Part shown: positions 13,701 to 19,775 of the stretch, one piece after another
How the letters are laid out: every line of letters begins with the position of its first letter
Position numbering within the stretch: the stretch's first letter is position 1
Assembly (NCBI GenBank): GCA_001029775.1
Contig: CP011215.1
Coordinates: 426,303-490,302, forward strand
DNA: 64,000 bases
Source of the DNA: Candidatus Campbellbacteria bacterium GW2011_OD1_34_28
GTDB lineage: Bacteria > Patescibacteriota > Minisyncoccia > Phycocordibacterales > UBA12079
Direction of reading: 5' to 3'
The notes under the pieces: generated by a model
Seen by the model: only the letters and a program-made list of their open reading frames with translations
What the model was told of the DNA's origin: nothing
The model's database searches: none
Made by a program: the position numbers and the translations under genes

Positions 13701-14624
13701 TCAGAAAGATTTAAAACAAATATAAACGATCTAACATACGGTCTAGACACAGTCCTTCAACTACGCCCTGTATCTTTCAATTGGAAATCAGACTTTATCA
13801 ATTCTTCTTCAACTCAAATCGGATTCATCGCAGAAGAAGTAAACTCTCTTATACCAGAAGTAATCGGACACGATGACAAAGGTACTATCATGAACCTTGA
13901 TTATCCAAAGTTGACTTCGGTTTTGGTAAATGCAGTTAAGGAACTTAATCTAAAAATAGAAAGTATTGCAAGTACAACAAGCCAGTTGATAGCCGACAGC
14001 TCACAACCAACATCTGTTATTGATTCTGTTCTTTCTCATTTAGAAAGTTTGGGTGCTAAGTTTGTTGATGGAATCGCTTATTTAAAAACAGTTTTCGTTG
14101 AAAATCTAACTATTGGTAGTGCGGACAAGCCGACTGGTATGACTTTGTACGACAAAGCAACAGGGGAGCCTTATTGTTTGGAAATTGTTAATGGAGCGAT
14201 GGTAAATACTTCTGGAATTTGTGATACAGCTAATAGCCAGCAGCCAACAGCTGACAGCACGAACTACACCGCACCAGTTATAACAATCACAGGCAACAAC
14301 CCAGCCGTAGTAGAAATAAACAGCAACTATATTGATCTAGGCGCTACAGCAGTAGATAACCAAGGAAACTCTCTAATCGTAGATATAATAGACGCAGATA
14401 CAGTAGACACAACAACAGCCGGAGAATACACAGTTACTTACACAGCATTTGATGGAACACTAACTTCAACAAGTACGAGAACAGTACTTGTTGAAGATCC
14501 GACCCCGTTAGAGACCACGACTGTCTCTGACAGTCTGCCTCTAACGGGGCAAGTAGCTGACAGTCAACAGACAGCGACAACAACAGAGCCGACAACAACG
14601 GAGACGATAGTCGATAGTTTATAG
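4722..14624 (+). CDS. Giant (3300 aa) membrane-anchored repetitive fibre protein: N-terminal cytoplasmic segment + single TM, ~24 GNVGIGTTSPxxKLSV modules, Hep_Hag-like NTAxGxxSL repeats, S74-type intramolecular chaperone domain (SERFKTNI...), C-terminal Ig-like domain
   Basis: Single uninterrupted ORF; TM helix ALSTAVLAILLIGAGYF near residue 75; periodic motif counted in translation; SERFK autoproteolysis motif at nt ~13690-13960; extended -10 TGGTATAAT at ~4699-4707 upstream. Confidence 0.85.
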   Translation: MQSEIFLNGKRYLSTKKATKITELDEEHIKDLCREEKIDFTKVEGEYFVELEKLFEYKNKTNKPMILPIRALSTAVLAILLIGAGYFSGDILNQLNKTGEAVFSAVKNTKEITYKVGAEKRDLFKTQILDSNDNSPIKEIKDSKNVKTVDTYTQDFLDYLDGLKNRIVSVTADSLQLIADSTNEDEVEKTVDSRQSIVDSTDGVNILAGQVDHLTSFAKTGVNNLALVVYETASPVEQFAVGWYKFVNNLFSNEADSLQPTADSVDEADSGQLTTNSANEDDSSVFASDSEADRDEISENVPSVPATPKTTTIVTNPIREIIKETVVERVIQTSGVTLEDFQKLNNELRSEIYKLSSATNSQITNTYQVISATNNIDNLGSVTITDSNISSSNVSGTELSFTNGTIQNLTVTGTATSTYGGPISATSGTYSGNLTVTGNTTLNTLTVSGDTIFDTDTLYIDSINNRVGIGSTTPSDTLSVNGATYLAPISAPSITTDRLYNISNDLYWGGNLLAGSAVGNWTSNGTDVWRASGNVGIGTTSPSYKLSVDGFVDASGTTGGYKIDGNTILQASSTNYTTLVGQGAGSSLTSAIRTTAIGYGALASTTSGNNNTAVGYNALNLNSTGILNTAIGSLALSVNTTGDRNTATGALALYSNTTGSYNTGTGAYSLNLNTTGANNSAHGRSAMYSNTTGTYNTADGMQALFSNTTGNNNTASGYSSAYSNSTGGSNVTIGYGASYRNSTGSYNTAIGQDAGFGVAGNSYSNNSFFGYRSGYGITVGSNNLLLGYQAGDNVTTGSNNLVIGYDIDAPSATASNQLNIGNLIYGTNINGTGTTLSSGNIGIGTTSPFAKLSVKGAGTTTGINFQTTNSADTPLVTVLDSGNVGIGTSNPSTDLHVGNSNINNSVDSVILVSRLVDNSGVGSGVNGHAFSDSSTITRSGSIGYNSFDGRTIFSGSNDYNHYAVFQNGTTYSSSGTMGIMYGFVNVPTVTAGTVTSMYGVYTADPVGAGTVTNNYGLFVPQLSKGATKNYAIYTAGTTRSYFGGIINNSAGILIAPNDATTNPAKLFEIQTTSGTEASLRIRQLSQNYWDLKSPAGSTRFDISDVSGTYFSILNGGNTGLGITTPTGKLEIAQAGSDTIASRNHLIFGGSEGTDYFGMGLDATGDLMIDNLNGTDTNVMSLLSSGNVGIGTVSPGAKLDVATAINTGSLTLGVVPYTGTDRYVVLNSNGIALKNSITYGWGSGSTDAGGTKDTQFSRLSAGKISVDTGTVGNSLGTLIAGNVGIGTTSPAAALEVQGNVIFNDRLTMNGDSVGLSANNSNYNTIKSLFRPTSNGLNLTGALVDANFDNNSANLTNAYGLRITNAISGTYTTTNAYGLYVEQPTGATNNYGAYINGNVGIGTTTPFRKLSVEGSVWISGDLTANSITATSSISAPYFTATDTTATSTFAGGLTVGTNKLVVDRSTGNVGIGTTASDRALHISTNSTNYQLRLERTGTTAGASTLYANSSFALGITAGSGTGTGVFTLGQTGGLSLGTYYGTNPGAGSLILPGNVGIGTTTPFRKLSVEGGAWISGDLTVSNITATSSVYLSNTTYADQSGIIYKGANSFIHNFNYGNNGTVTTLGQNTFVGELAGNFTMGSTATETYHASRNTAIGYQSLLANTTGYYNTANGYQTLRLNTTGGYNTANGLQSLYSNTTGNYNTTNGANSLYLNTTGSSNVADGHSAGTYITDGVTANTTGDYNIFIGRDTKALADNDQNEIVIGYNATGVGSNSVVLGNDSITKTILKGNVGIGTTSPFAKLSVTGAGTGTGLAFQVANSANSPKFTVLDSGNVGIGTMGPEGLLHIHSTSAGDVVAHASYNDFVIEGGSTVGMNILSADVGLSGLGFGTPSDNLGSYLQWDFTNNLMSVGTARTGGNLRLVTGNNVEQIRIQSNGNVGIGTTTPSANLDIYSNVDSNSRLNIDLGAASSNIGINLISSSISSGSYWIKTTGNDNEDSFVVRGDGAVGIGTTTPSAKLDIYQGNLNLDNTTFANQFGVISKGGTRFIHNFNYGNNGTVTTVGYNTFIGENAGNLTMGSTATSASHASYNTGVGYQSLQANTTGYFNTAIGNQSLLLNTTGYHNTAIGNQSLRGNTTGSSNTANGYQSLYSNTTGGFNAAIGYQSLRSNTTGGYNIAFGYNAGRYITDGVTENTTGDYNIFIGQDTKALADDDQNEIVIGYNATGVGSNSVVLGADTITKTILKGNVGIGTTSPFAKLSVTGTGTGTGLAFQVADSANSPKFTVLDNGNVGIGTTAPSQILHTFRNDSNTTNSIEIEQDGSGDSSLRFLLTGVTGWTMGVDNSDSDKFKIGNAQSFSTSFLNIDGAGNVGIGTANPGAELEIQADANTGGAPQYSQFWISGKTVNTKRFYIGMDTSTNKGILSAETGAGVYAPIVINPYGGNVGIGTTTPGAKLDINGNMRTSIGSGGFLTLHETDATRQNQLSLGADASGAYLASTYATGGVADIRFSLAGTERVRIQQGGNVGIGTTSPFAKLSVKGAGTTTGVNFQTTNSADTPLVTVLDSGKVGIGTTNPGTLLQLNIDGIANTPKEVLRVFNGLAYGVGNGYGEAQIGIGHAVSGGYVGGGATSETSSTNGYLSLGNRVSNVMTEVVRITDGNVGIGTTSPGAKLVVVGNGTASVAIGGGAYTDYSSISLNGSLASGQYNLLSGYADKTLYINRPAGADILFRENNGTAQMVIKQTTGNIGIGTTSPFAKLSIKGAGTTTGVNFQTTNSADTPLVTVLDSGNVGIGTVSPGAMLTIVGTPAGGSTNVGLNIYDNTGNGVGIWTSNAVGKIGTPNAVDVAFMANNSEKMRILQSNGNVGIGTTSPGSLLHLYQNTVGVGTGNGLMIEQDGAGDALMQFLLTGTARWQMGVDNSDSRTFKIGVGSDWATNIGLAITTTGNVGIGSTAPNYKLTVNGTVAFQSLANNGTGYYVCANAGTGELATSTTACGASSERFKTNINDLTYGLDTVLQLRPVSFNWKSDFINSSSTQIGFIAEEVNSLIPEVIGHDDKGTIMNLDYPKLTSVLVNAVKELNLKIESIASTTSQLIADSSQPTSVIDSVLSHLESLGAKFVDGIAYLKTVFVENLTIGSADKPTGMTLYDKATGEPYCLEIVNGAMVNTSGICDTANSQQPTADSTNYTAPVITITGNNPAVVEINSNYIDLGATAVDNQGNSLIVDIIDADTVDTTTAGEYTVTYTAFDGTLTSTSTRTVLVEDPTPLETTTVSDSLPLTGQVADSQQTATTTEPTTTETIVDSL
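7241..7384 (+). repeat. ~145 bp intragenic DNA repeat (copy 1 of 3; copies at 12291..12434 and 12951..13094) encoding GIGTTSPFAKLSVKGAGTTTG(I/V)NFQTTNSADTPLVTVLDSG
   Basis: Near-identical nucleotide stretches read directly in sequence. Confidence 0.8.
9500..10215 (+). repeat. ~700 bp intragenic duplication (second copy ~10820..11595) encoding FIHNFNYGNNGTVTT...Hep_Hag repeats...GNVGIGTTSPFAKLSVTG
   Basis: Long collinear nucleotide similarity between the two segments inside the giant gene. Confidence 0.75.
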
Positions 14625-14765
14625 TCAATAGTAACGAAGACAAATGAACGACGTGGATTCCTGCCTGCCGTGTCGTTGCTTTTCTTTCAGAAAAGAGGCA
14701 GGTTTGGATATAATTTGTATTACCTGTCTGTCGGCAGGCAGGTTCGGATTATCTTTATAAAGAAA

Positions 14766-14800
14766 ATAAAAAAAGCGGAGACGAGAGTCTCCACTTTTTG
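14766..14800. terminator. Bidirectional intrinsic terminator (GGAGAC GAGA GTCTCC flanked by A-run and T-run)
   Basis: Perfect 6-bp stem with A9 upstream and T5 downstream; sits 3' of the minus-strand small gene 14820..15030 and 140 nt 3' of the giant gene. Confidence 0.7.
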
Positions 14801-14819
14801 CTGCCCGATGTGGCAGATG

Positions 14820-15030
14820 TTATTTTTTGGCCTTTTCGTTCATCATGGCAATGAATCTGGTCAGATCGAAACGGCTACAGTCGAGCTTTTCGCCGTTCTC
14901 GGAATTCATGATGGTCAATCCGCCATCAGGATTTTCTGCGATGCCAAGACAACAGTCTTTGCTACCGCAGGCGAACTCAAACTTCTTTCCGCCGATTACT
15001 TCTTTTCGTGTTTTCATGTTTTCGGGCATA
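14820..15030 (-). CDS. Small (70 aa) cysteine-containing hypothetical protein in a GC-elevated cassette with strong SD (GGAGGTGTGTT-ATG) and TTGACA-N17-TATACT promoter
   Basis: ATG at 15030..15028 preceded by GGAGGTG at optimal spacing; promoter gggaTTGACAat...TTATACT at ~15063-15095 on minus strand; terminator downstream; the ORF track's TTG-extended version 14820..15071 is probably too long. Confidence 0.6.
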
Positions 15031-15127
15031 ACACACCTCCACTGGTTGAATTGGGCTGAAATGATGTACAAAACTTCCGCCAGTATAATACAACAAACAT
15101 AGAATTGTCAATCCCACTCACAAAAAA

Positions 15128-15170
15128 ACAAAAACCCCAGTAGCCTTGCTACTGGGGTTTTTGTTTTTTT
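15128..15170. terminator. Bidirectional intrinsic terminator (CCCCAGTAGC CTTG CTACTGGGG + T-run) 3' of sortase gene
   Basis: 10-bp stem, A-run before and T-run after. Confidence 0.75.
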
Positions 15171-15173
15171 GGA

Positions 15174-16571
15174 TTATCCGTTTTTAATGATAGTTATAAA
15201 TTTCTTTATAATATTATTATCTCTTGTTTTTTCGTTGATGCTTCCTGCGGGATTAACATTTACGATTATTGCCATATCTGTTCCTGCTTTTGCTCTATCA
15301 AAGCCGAGCATATATTCTATTCTTTCTCCGGGTCTGATCATTCCTTGAGTGTTTGAGTGATAAATATATATAGGATCGGTAGGGAGAACGATATTAAATG
15401 TCCATCCGTCAGCTGTCTTTGTTCCAATGTTTGAAATAATAAATCTAAACGCAACTTTGCTAGATGTATTTGGAGTAGATGAAGCCACAAATTTGTTTGT
15501 GTTCGGATCAATTATTCCTACTTCAATTATTTCTGCTGTTAAGTCTGCCTGACCATATGGGTTTGAAACACCAATTGTTGAACCACCGCTAATAGGAATT
15601 ATTTGAGTTGTTGTTTGTCCTGGATTAAGAATTGTTGTTGTGTTTCCTGTGTTTGTATTACTGTTTGTATTATTTGTGTTTGTTGTGTTGCCTGAGATAG
15701 TATCACTGTCAGAATTGTCTACTATTCCTGATATTGGATAGCTTGTTACAAAGTCAGCCTCTACTATATGTCTGTCTTCTTTTGCTCCCAATGTATTACA
15801 TGTTGAGATTGTAAGAGTTCTTTTTCCTGTATTAAATTTAACCACAGCGTCGCTATCTCTTTCTGTTCTTACAGAAGTTACCTTGTAAAGGTGTTCCTTG
15901 TTTTCAGAACGAACTTTAATAGTATCTCCGACTTCAAGTTTTTCAAGATTGTTCAATGCTTTATAGGCTTGATTTCTCACTACTTGATAGCTGGTGCTAT
16001 GTCCAAAAAGATAAATGTTGTCTTCTTGCCCCAAAAGTCCTGATTTTGGATATCTAACAACTCCGTATTTCAAAGCCTCATCTAGTGCTGACAAATCGGA
16101 TGAAGTAGGATTAAGCACAGCTGAATCAACATTTATTTTATCGATAACAATTCTAATAGGATTAGCTACTTCTTCTGTAACATCTACAATTCCTCCTTCA
16201 GGAATTCTTTTGCTATAGAAAAGTTCTGCTACAGCCGATAGGTTTTCTGAAATAAAGTTTGCACTGCTACTAATTACTGAACCAAAAAATGTTCCAACCT
16301 TTGATAGAGAAGGGAAGTAAGTAGGAAATTTTTCTGCTCCTTCTCCTGCAACTTCAGTTGTGTTTTTTACATTGTTTACAATCCTTGGTGCAGCAACAAC
16401 TAAAATAATTAACACGATCAATACTTTCAATGCAGTCTTAAAACCTTTTTTAGGCACTTTGAAAGAGACATCGTAGTTGTCATCTCGTCTTCTCAACTCA
16501 CCTTCGTAAGGCAAATTGTCAGGTGCTCCTGAATCGTTATCGTTTATTCTTTTGTTTAGTGGATTCATCAT
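15174..16571 (-). CDS. Sortase-family transpeptidase (class uncertain) with N-terminal TM anchor and C-terminal CARDB-like beta domain
   Basis: Catalytic triad context LFGHSTS (His), LTISTCNTLG (TLxTC Cys), downstream Arg; N-terminal hydrophobic helix ALKVLIVLIILVVAAP. Confidence 0.8.
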   Translation of the reverse strand: MMNPLNKRINDNDSGAPDNLPYEGELRRRDDNYDVSFKVPKKGFKTALKVLIVLIILVVAAPRIVNNVKNTTEVAGEGAEKFPTYFPSLSKVGTFFGSVISSSANFISENLSAVAELFYSKRIPEGGIVDVTEEVANPIRIVIDKINVDSAVLNPTSSDLSALDEALKYGVVRYPKSGLLGQEDNIYLFGHSTSYQVVRNQAYKALNNLEKLEVGDTIKVRSENKEHLYKVTSVRTERDSDAVVKFNTGKRTLTISTCNTLGAKEDRHIVEADFVTSYPISGIVDNSDSDTISGNTTNTNNTNSNTNTGNTTTILNPGQTTTQIIPISGGSTIGVSNPYGQADLTAEIIEVGIIDPNTNKFVASSTPNTSSKVAFRFIISNIGTKTADGWTFNIVLPTDPIYIYHSNTQGMIRPGERIEYMLGFDRAKAGTDMAIIVNVNPAGSINEKTRDNNIIKKFITIIKNG

Positions 16572-16732
16572 AATAATTTTGACAATTTAATAATTTTTGA
16601 CAACTTTGATAAATAATTGTTTATTAATGTATCCTACCATCGGTAAAAATTCTTGTCAAGACTTTTAAAACAGACATAAAATATTTTCATAAACCCCTTG
16701 ACACATCTTTTTCTTTGTACTAGTATGGGTTT

Positions 16733-19024
16733 ATGACAAAGAATATAACAAAAAGCTTAATAATATTTCTGGCAATTTTTTCCGCGTTTTCTTTTGGTTT
16801 GATTCCAGTAGATATTCAAGCTGCTACTACTCAAATAAATTTTAATGATGAGATTATGTTTGCTCCGAACTGTTTTTGCGGAGCTGATGTAACAGCATAC
16901 AATCTTTACCCCTGTGAAGATCGTAATTGGTGTAACGGTGATACCTCAATAAAGACAGCCAATGTTTCTAATGGAAAATACAAAGTAAAAGTAAATATAG
17001 CTAAATTAACTGATGGACAAAGATTTGAATCGGTGATTTTTACATTTAATGGAGTAAATTATACTATTCCCGATCTTGGAGGAAATGCAGACTCGACTGG
17101 TACGGGGGTATATGAAGTTGGAACATTTAATTTGTCAGGACCAGTTAGTTTTAAAGGAACTCACAAATATGCCAATACTTTTACAGGTCTTTGGTACTCA
17201 GATCCTTATTCAAAAGTAGGTTCTGGTCACGCAATGGAAAGTGTTTCTATTGCCTCTGTTGTTCTTGAAGAAATTGTTACCCCACCTACTTGTACAATGA
17301 GTGCGGTTCCTTCAACAATAACTGCTGGAAATACATCAAATTTGAGATGGACTTCTACAAACGCAACTAGCGCTGTTATCAATCAAGGAATTGGAAATGT
17401 AGCCGTTAATGGAAATAGAAATGTTTCTCCATTCCAAACAACGACTTACACAGGAACATTTACGGGCCCTGGTGGAACAGTAAATTGTCAAACAACCGTG
17501 ACTGTTACAATACCCCAAATGCCTACTTGTACAATGACAGTTAATCCTGCAAATATTACAACTGGACAAAGTGCAACTTTGAGTTGGACTTCTGTAAACG
17601 CAACTAGCGCTGTTATCAATCAAGGAATTGGAAATGTAGCCGTTAATGGAAGCAGATCTGTTTCACCAACTCAAACAACAACTTATACGGGAACATTTAC
17701 TGGTGCTGGTGGAGTAGTAACTTGTCAAAAAACTTTGACTGTTAACAATGTTCCACCACCTCAATTGCCGACTTGTGCAATGAGTGCTGTTCCTCAAACA
17801 ATCTCTGTTGGAGACACATCAAATTTGAGATGGACATCTACAGGCGCAACCAGTGCTGTTATAAACCAAGGAATTGGCACAGTAGCAGTTGATGGAAATA
17901 GAAATGTTTCACCTACTCAAACCACAACATATACAGGAACCTTTACAGGTTCTGGAGGAAGCGTAGTTTGCCAGACAACAATTATTGTTACATCTACACA
18001 CCCTGCGCCAACTTGTACAATGACAGTTACACCAGACAGTATTGTTAACGGAGGAAATGCTACTCTAGCTTGGAATTCTACAAATGCTACATCTGCTTCT
18101 ATAAATCAAGGTATCGGAACTGTGGCTGTTGATGGAAGTCGTGTTGTTTCTCCAAATCAGACCACAACATATACAGGAACATTTACAGGTTCTGGAGGTG
18201 TTGTTACTTGTAGTGCTATGTTGACTGTTTCTGGAACAGGAGGTCCTTCTATAAATATAACAAAAAATGACAATGACAATGGTGATGATACTCAGGCCGT
18301 TGTGTCTGGGGGGACAGCAACCTTTACAGTCGTTGTGACAAATAATGGAACAAGAGATCTTATTGACGTTGTTGTAACAGATGCTTTGGCACCAAATTGT
18401 AACAGAACAGAAAGTCAAACAGCAGGTCTTTATCCGGGGTTAGTATTTGATCCAGGAGAAAGTTTTACTTATACATGTACTGACACAGATATTACATCAG
18501 CTTATACAAATACAATTAGAGTTGATGCTGATGAAATTGGAACATTTTCTATTGTTAATGACACAGATACCAGCAATGTTACCATAACTGGTTCAGGAAA
18601 TACTCCTACATGTTCTATGAGTTTTACACCAAGTAGCATAAATGTTGGAGACAGATCAACTCTTGCTTGGAATTCAACAAATGTTACTACGGCTGTTATT
18701 GATAACGGTGTAGGTAACGTCAATCCAAATGGTTCAACAGATATATTTAGAACATCGTCTGCAACATATACAGGAACATTTACAGGCCCAGGTGGAGTAG
18801 TGACTTGTCAGGCAAACATAACTGTTGGTGGTGGGGGAGGTGGAGGAACAAATACTCCGCGTATCACGCTATCTTCTGGTTCTGGAGTAACTGAACCCGG
18901 ATTCATTTATTTGAGCCAGATTCCTTATACAGGTATTCCTCAGTTCTTGATGACAATGATGGGATTTGTATTTAGATTCGCGTTCTTTGGAGGATTACTG
19001 TTTGCCTTATACAAAATTAAATAA
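16733..19024 (+). CDS. Secreted surface protein with six tandem Ig-like repeats (PTCTM...TYTGTFTG.GG.V.CQ) and C-terminal cell-wall sorting signal (IPYTG + hydrophobic segment + KIK)
   Basis: Signal peptide MTKNITKSLIIFLAIFSAFSF; repeats evident in translation; C-terminus LSQIPYTGIPQFLMTMMGFVFRFAFFGGLLFALYKIK has LPXTG-like architecture; TTGACA-N17-TAGTAT promoter at ~16699-16727. Confidence 0.8.
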   Translation: MTKNITKSLIIFLAIFSAFSFGLIPVDIQAATTQINFNDEIMFAPNCFCGADVTAYNLYPCEDRNWCNGDTSIKTANVSNGKYKVKVNIAKLTDGQRFESVIFTFNGVNYTIPDLGGNADSTGTGVYEVGTFNLSGPVSFKGTHKYANTFTGLWYSDPYSKVGSGHAMESVSIASVVLEEIVTPPTCTMSAVPSTITAGNTSNLRWTSTNATSAVINQGIGNVAVNGNRNVSPFQTTTYTGTFTGPGGTVNCQTTVTVTIPQMPTCTMTVNPANITTGQSATLSWTSVNATSAVINQGIGNVAVNGSRSVSPTQTTTYTGTFTGAGGVVTCQKTLTVNNVPPPQLPTCAMSAVPQTISVGDTSNLRWTSTGATSAVINQGIGTVAVDGNRNVSPTQTTTYTGTFTGSGGSVVCQTTIIVTSTHPAPTCTMTVTPDSIVNGGNATLAWNSTNATSASINQGIGTVAVDGSRVVSPNQTTTYTGTFTGSGGVVTCSAMLTVSGTGGPSINITKNDNDNGDDTQAVVSGGTATFTVVVTNNGTRDLIDVVVTDALAPNCNRTESQTAGLYPGLVFDPGESFTYTCTDTDITSAYTNTIRVDADEIGTFSIVNDTDTSNVTITGSGNTPTCSMSFTPSSINVGDRSTLAWNSTNVTTAVIDNGVGNVNPNGSTDIFRTSSATYTGTFTGPGGVVTCQANITVGGGGGGGTNTPRITLSSGSGVTEPGFIYLSQIPYTGIPQFLMTMMGFVFRFAFFGGLLFALYKIK
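17285..18240 (+). repeat. Four-five tandem ~240 bp coding repeats (Ig-like domains) inside surface protein gene; a further copy at ~18598..18840
   Basis: Repeated PTCTM(S/T)xxP...RWTSTNATSAVINQGIG...TTTYTGTFTG units. Confidence 0.75.
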
Positions 19025-19026
19025 AA

Positions 19027-19185
19027 TTTAAACAACCTTAAATTTGACGAATTTCTTCGTCAGCCTCAAGAAAAAGTCCTTCGTCGTATGTGACATACGC
19101 CTCAGGGCTTTTTCTTTTGCTTCCTCGAACCTGCCTGCCGGCAGGCAGGCTTCATTCAAATTTTAGGTTGTTTTGAAATTTTCGA
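19027..19185. mobile_element. MITE-like palindromic intergenic element, copy A (contains central CCTGCCTGCCGGCAGGCAGG palindrome)
   Basis: Terminal inverted repeats AAACAACCTTAAATTTGA / TCAAATTTTAGGTTGTTT; shares internal ATTTCTTCGTC...CTCGAAC blocks with copies at 25996, 33299, 35907, 56820. Confidence 0.65.
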
Positions 19186-19225
19186 GCTTTAATTTTGAAG
19201 ATTAAAAAAAGATATTTTTGAAATA

Positions 19226-19258
19226 AGAAAAGCCCCAACCGAAGTTGGGGCTTTTTCG
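19226..19258. terminator. Bidirectional intrinsic terminator GCCCCAAC CGAA GTTGGGGC + T5
   Basis: 8-bp GC-rich stem, T-run; 3' of minus-strand gene 19281..19625. Confidence 0.75.
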
Positions 19259-19280
19259 GATTGACCGCGGAGTCGTGCGG

Positions 19281-19625
19281 TTATCCGAGGACCGTGTAGG
19301 CGTCGATGTCGACGTTATTGGTCGAGAGAAAGTCCATGTAGTTCTGCGACAGAACGCCGGCTGCGAGGACGATGCTATCGGCCGAGCTCAGGCCGGCCGC
19401 ACACTTGTCCGGGTTGGCCGAGTTGAACGGGACCTGCTTGATCTTTCCATTGACGTTGATCAGGGCGATACCGGGCGATTTGACGTCGAGCTTGTCGCTG
19501 TGGAACACGATGGCTTTGGCCTTCGGGTTGTCCATGATACTGACCGTCTCCAGGGTTGCCGTGATTCCGAGCGCCACGATTGCCGTCATCACATTCAGGG
19601 GTTTGATCGTTTTCTTGCTGTCCAT
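19281..19625 (-). CDS. Small secreted hypothetical protein (114 aa, signal peptide) in ~58% GC cassette with SD GGAGG and gggaTTGACAat promoter
   Basis: ATG at 19625 preceded by ACGGAGGAAACGCC; hydrophobic N-terminus KPLNVMTAIVALGITATL; promoter TTGACA-N16-TAATAT at ~19690-19725 (minus); strong GC shift relative to flanks. Confidence 0.65.
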   Translation of the reverse strand: MDSKKTIKPLNVMTAIVALGITATLETVSIMDNPKAKAIVFHSDKLDVKSPGIALINVNGKIKQVPFNSANPDKCAAGLSSADSIVLAAGVLSQNYMDFLSTNNVDIDAYTVLG

Positions 19626-19735
19626 TGGCGTTTCCTCCGTAAAAAAAAGGGCTGTTTGCACTGAGAATCAAGATGACTCAAAGCACGTTGACTGACAAAC
19701 ATATTAACAGACTAAAAAATATTGTCAATCCCAAC

Positions 19736-19772
19736 ACTAAAAAAATACAGGGACTCGGTCCCTGTATTTTTG
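19736..19772. terminator. Bidirectional intrinsic terminator ACAGGGAC TCG GTCCCTGT 3' of thrS
   Basis: A-run/T-run flanked 8-bp stem. Confidence 0.7.
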
Positions 19773-19775
19773 GTT

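Noticed and set aside
14670-15102. Plus-strand ORFs 14670..15059 and 14827..15102
   Set aside because: They overlap the minus-strand gene, which has a perfect promoter, SD and terminator. They have no start signals and run through the terminator hairpin.
19245-19664. Plus-strand ORF 19245..19664 (139 aa, Arg/Asp-rich)
   Set aside because: It is the antisense frame of the GC-rich minus-strand gene. The minus-strand frame has SD, promoter, signal peptide and terminator. Open antisense frames are expected at 58% GC.
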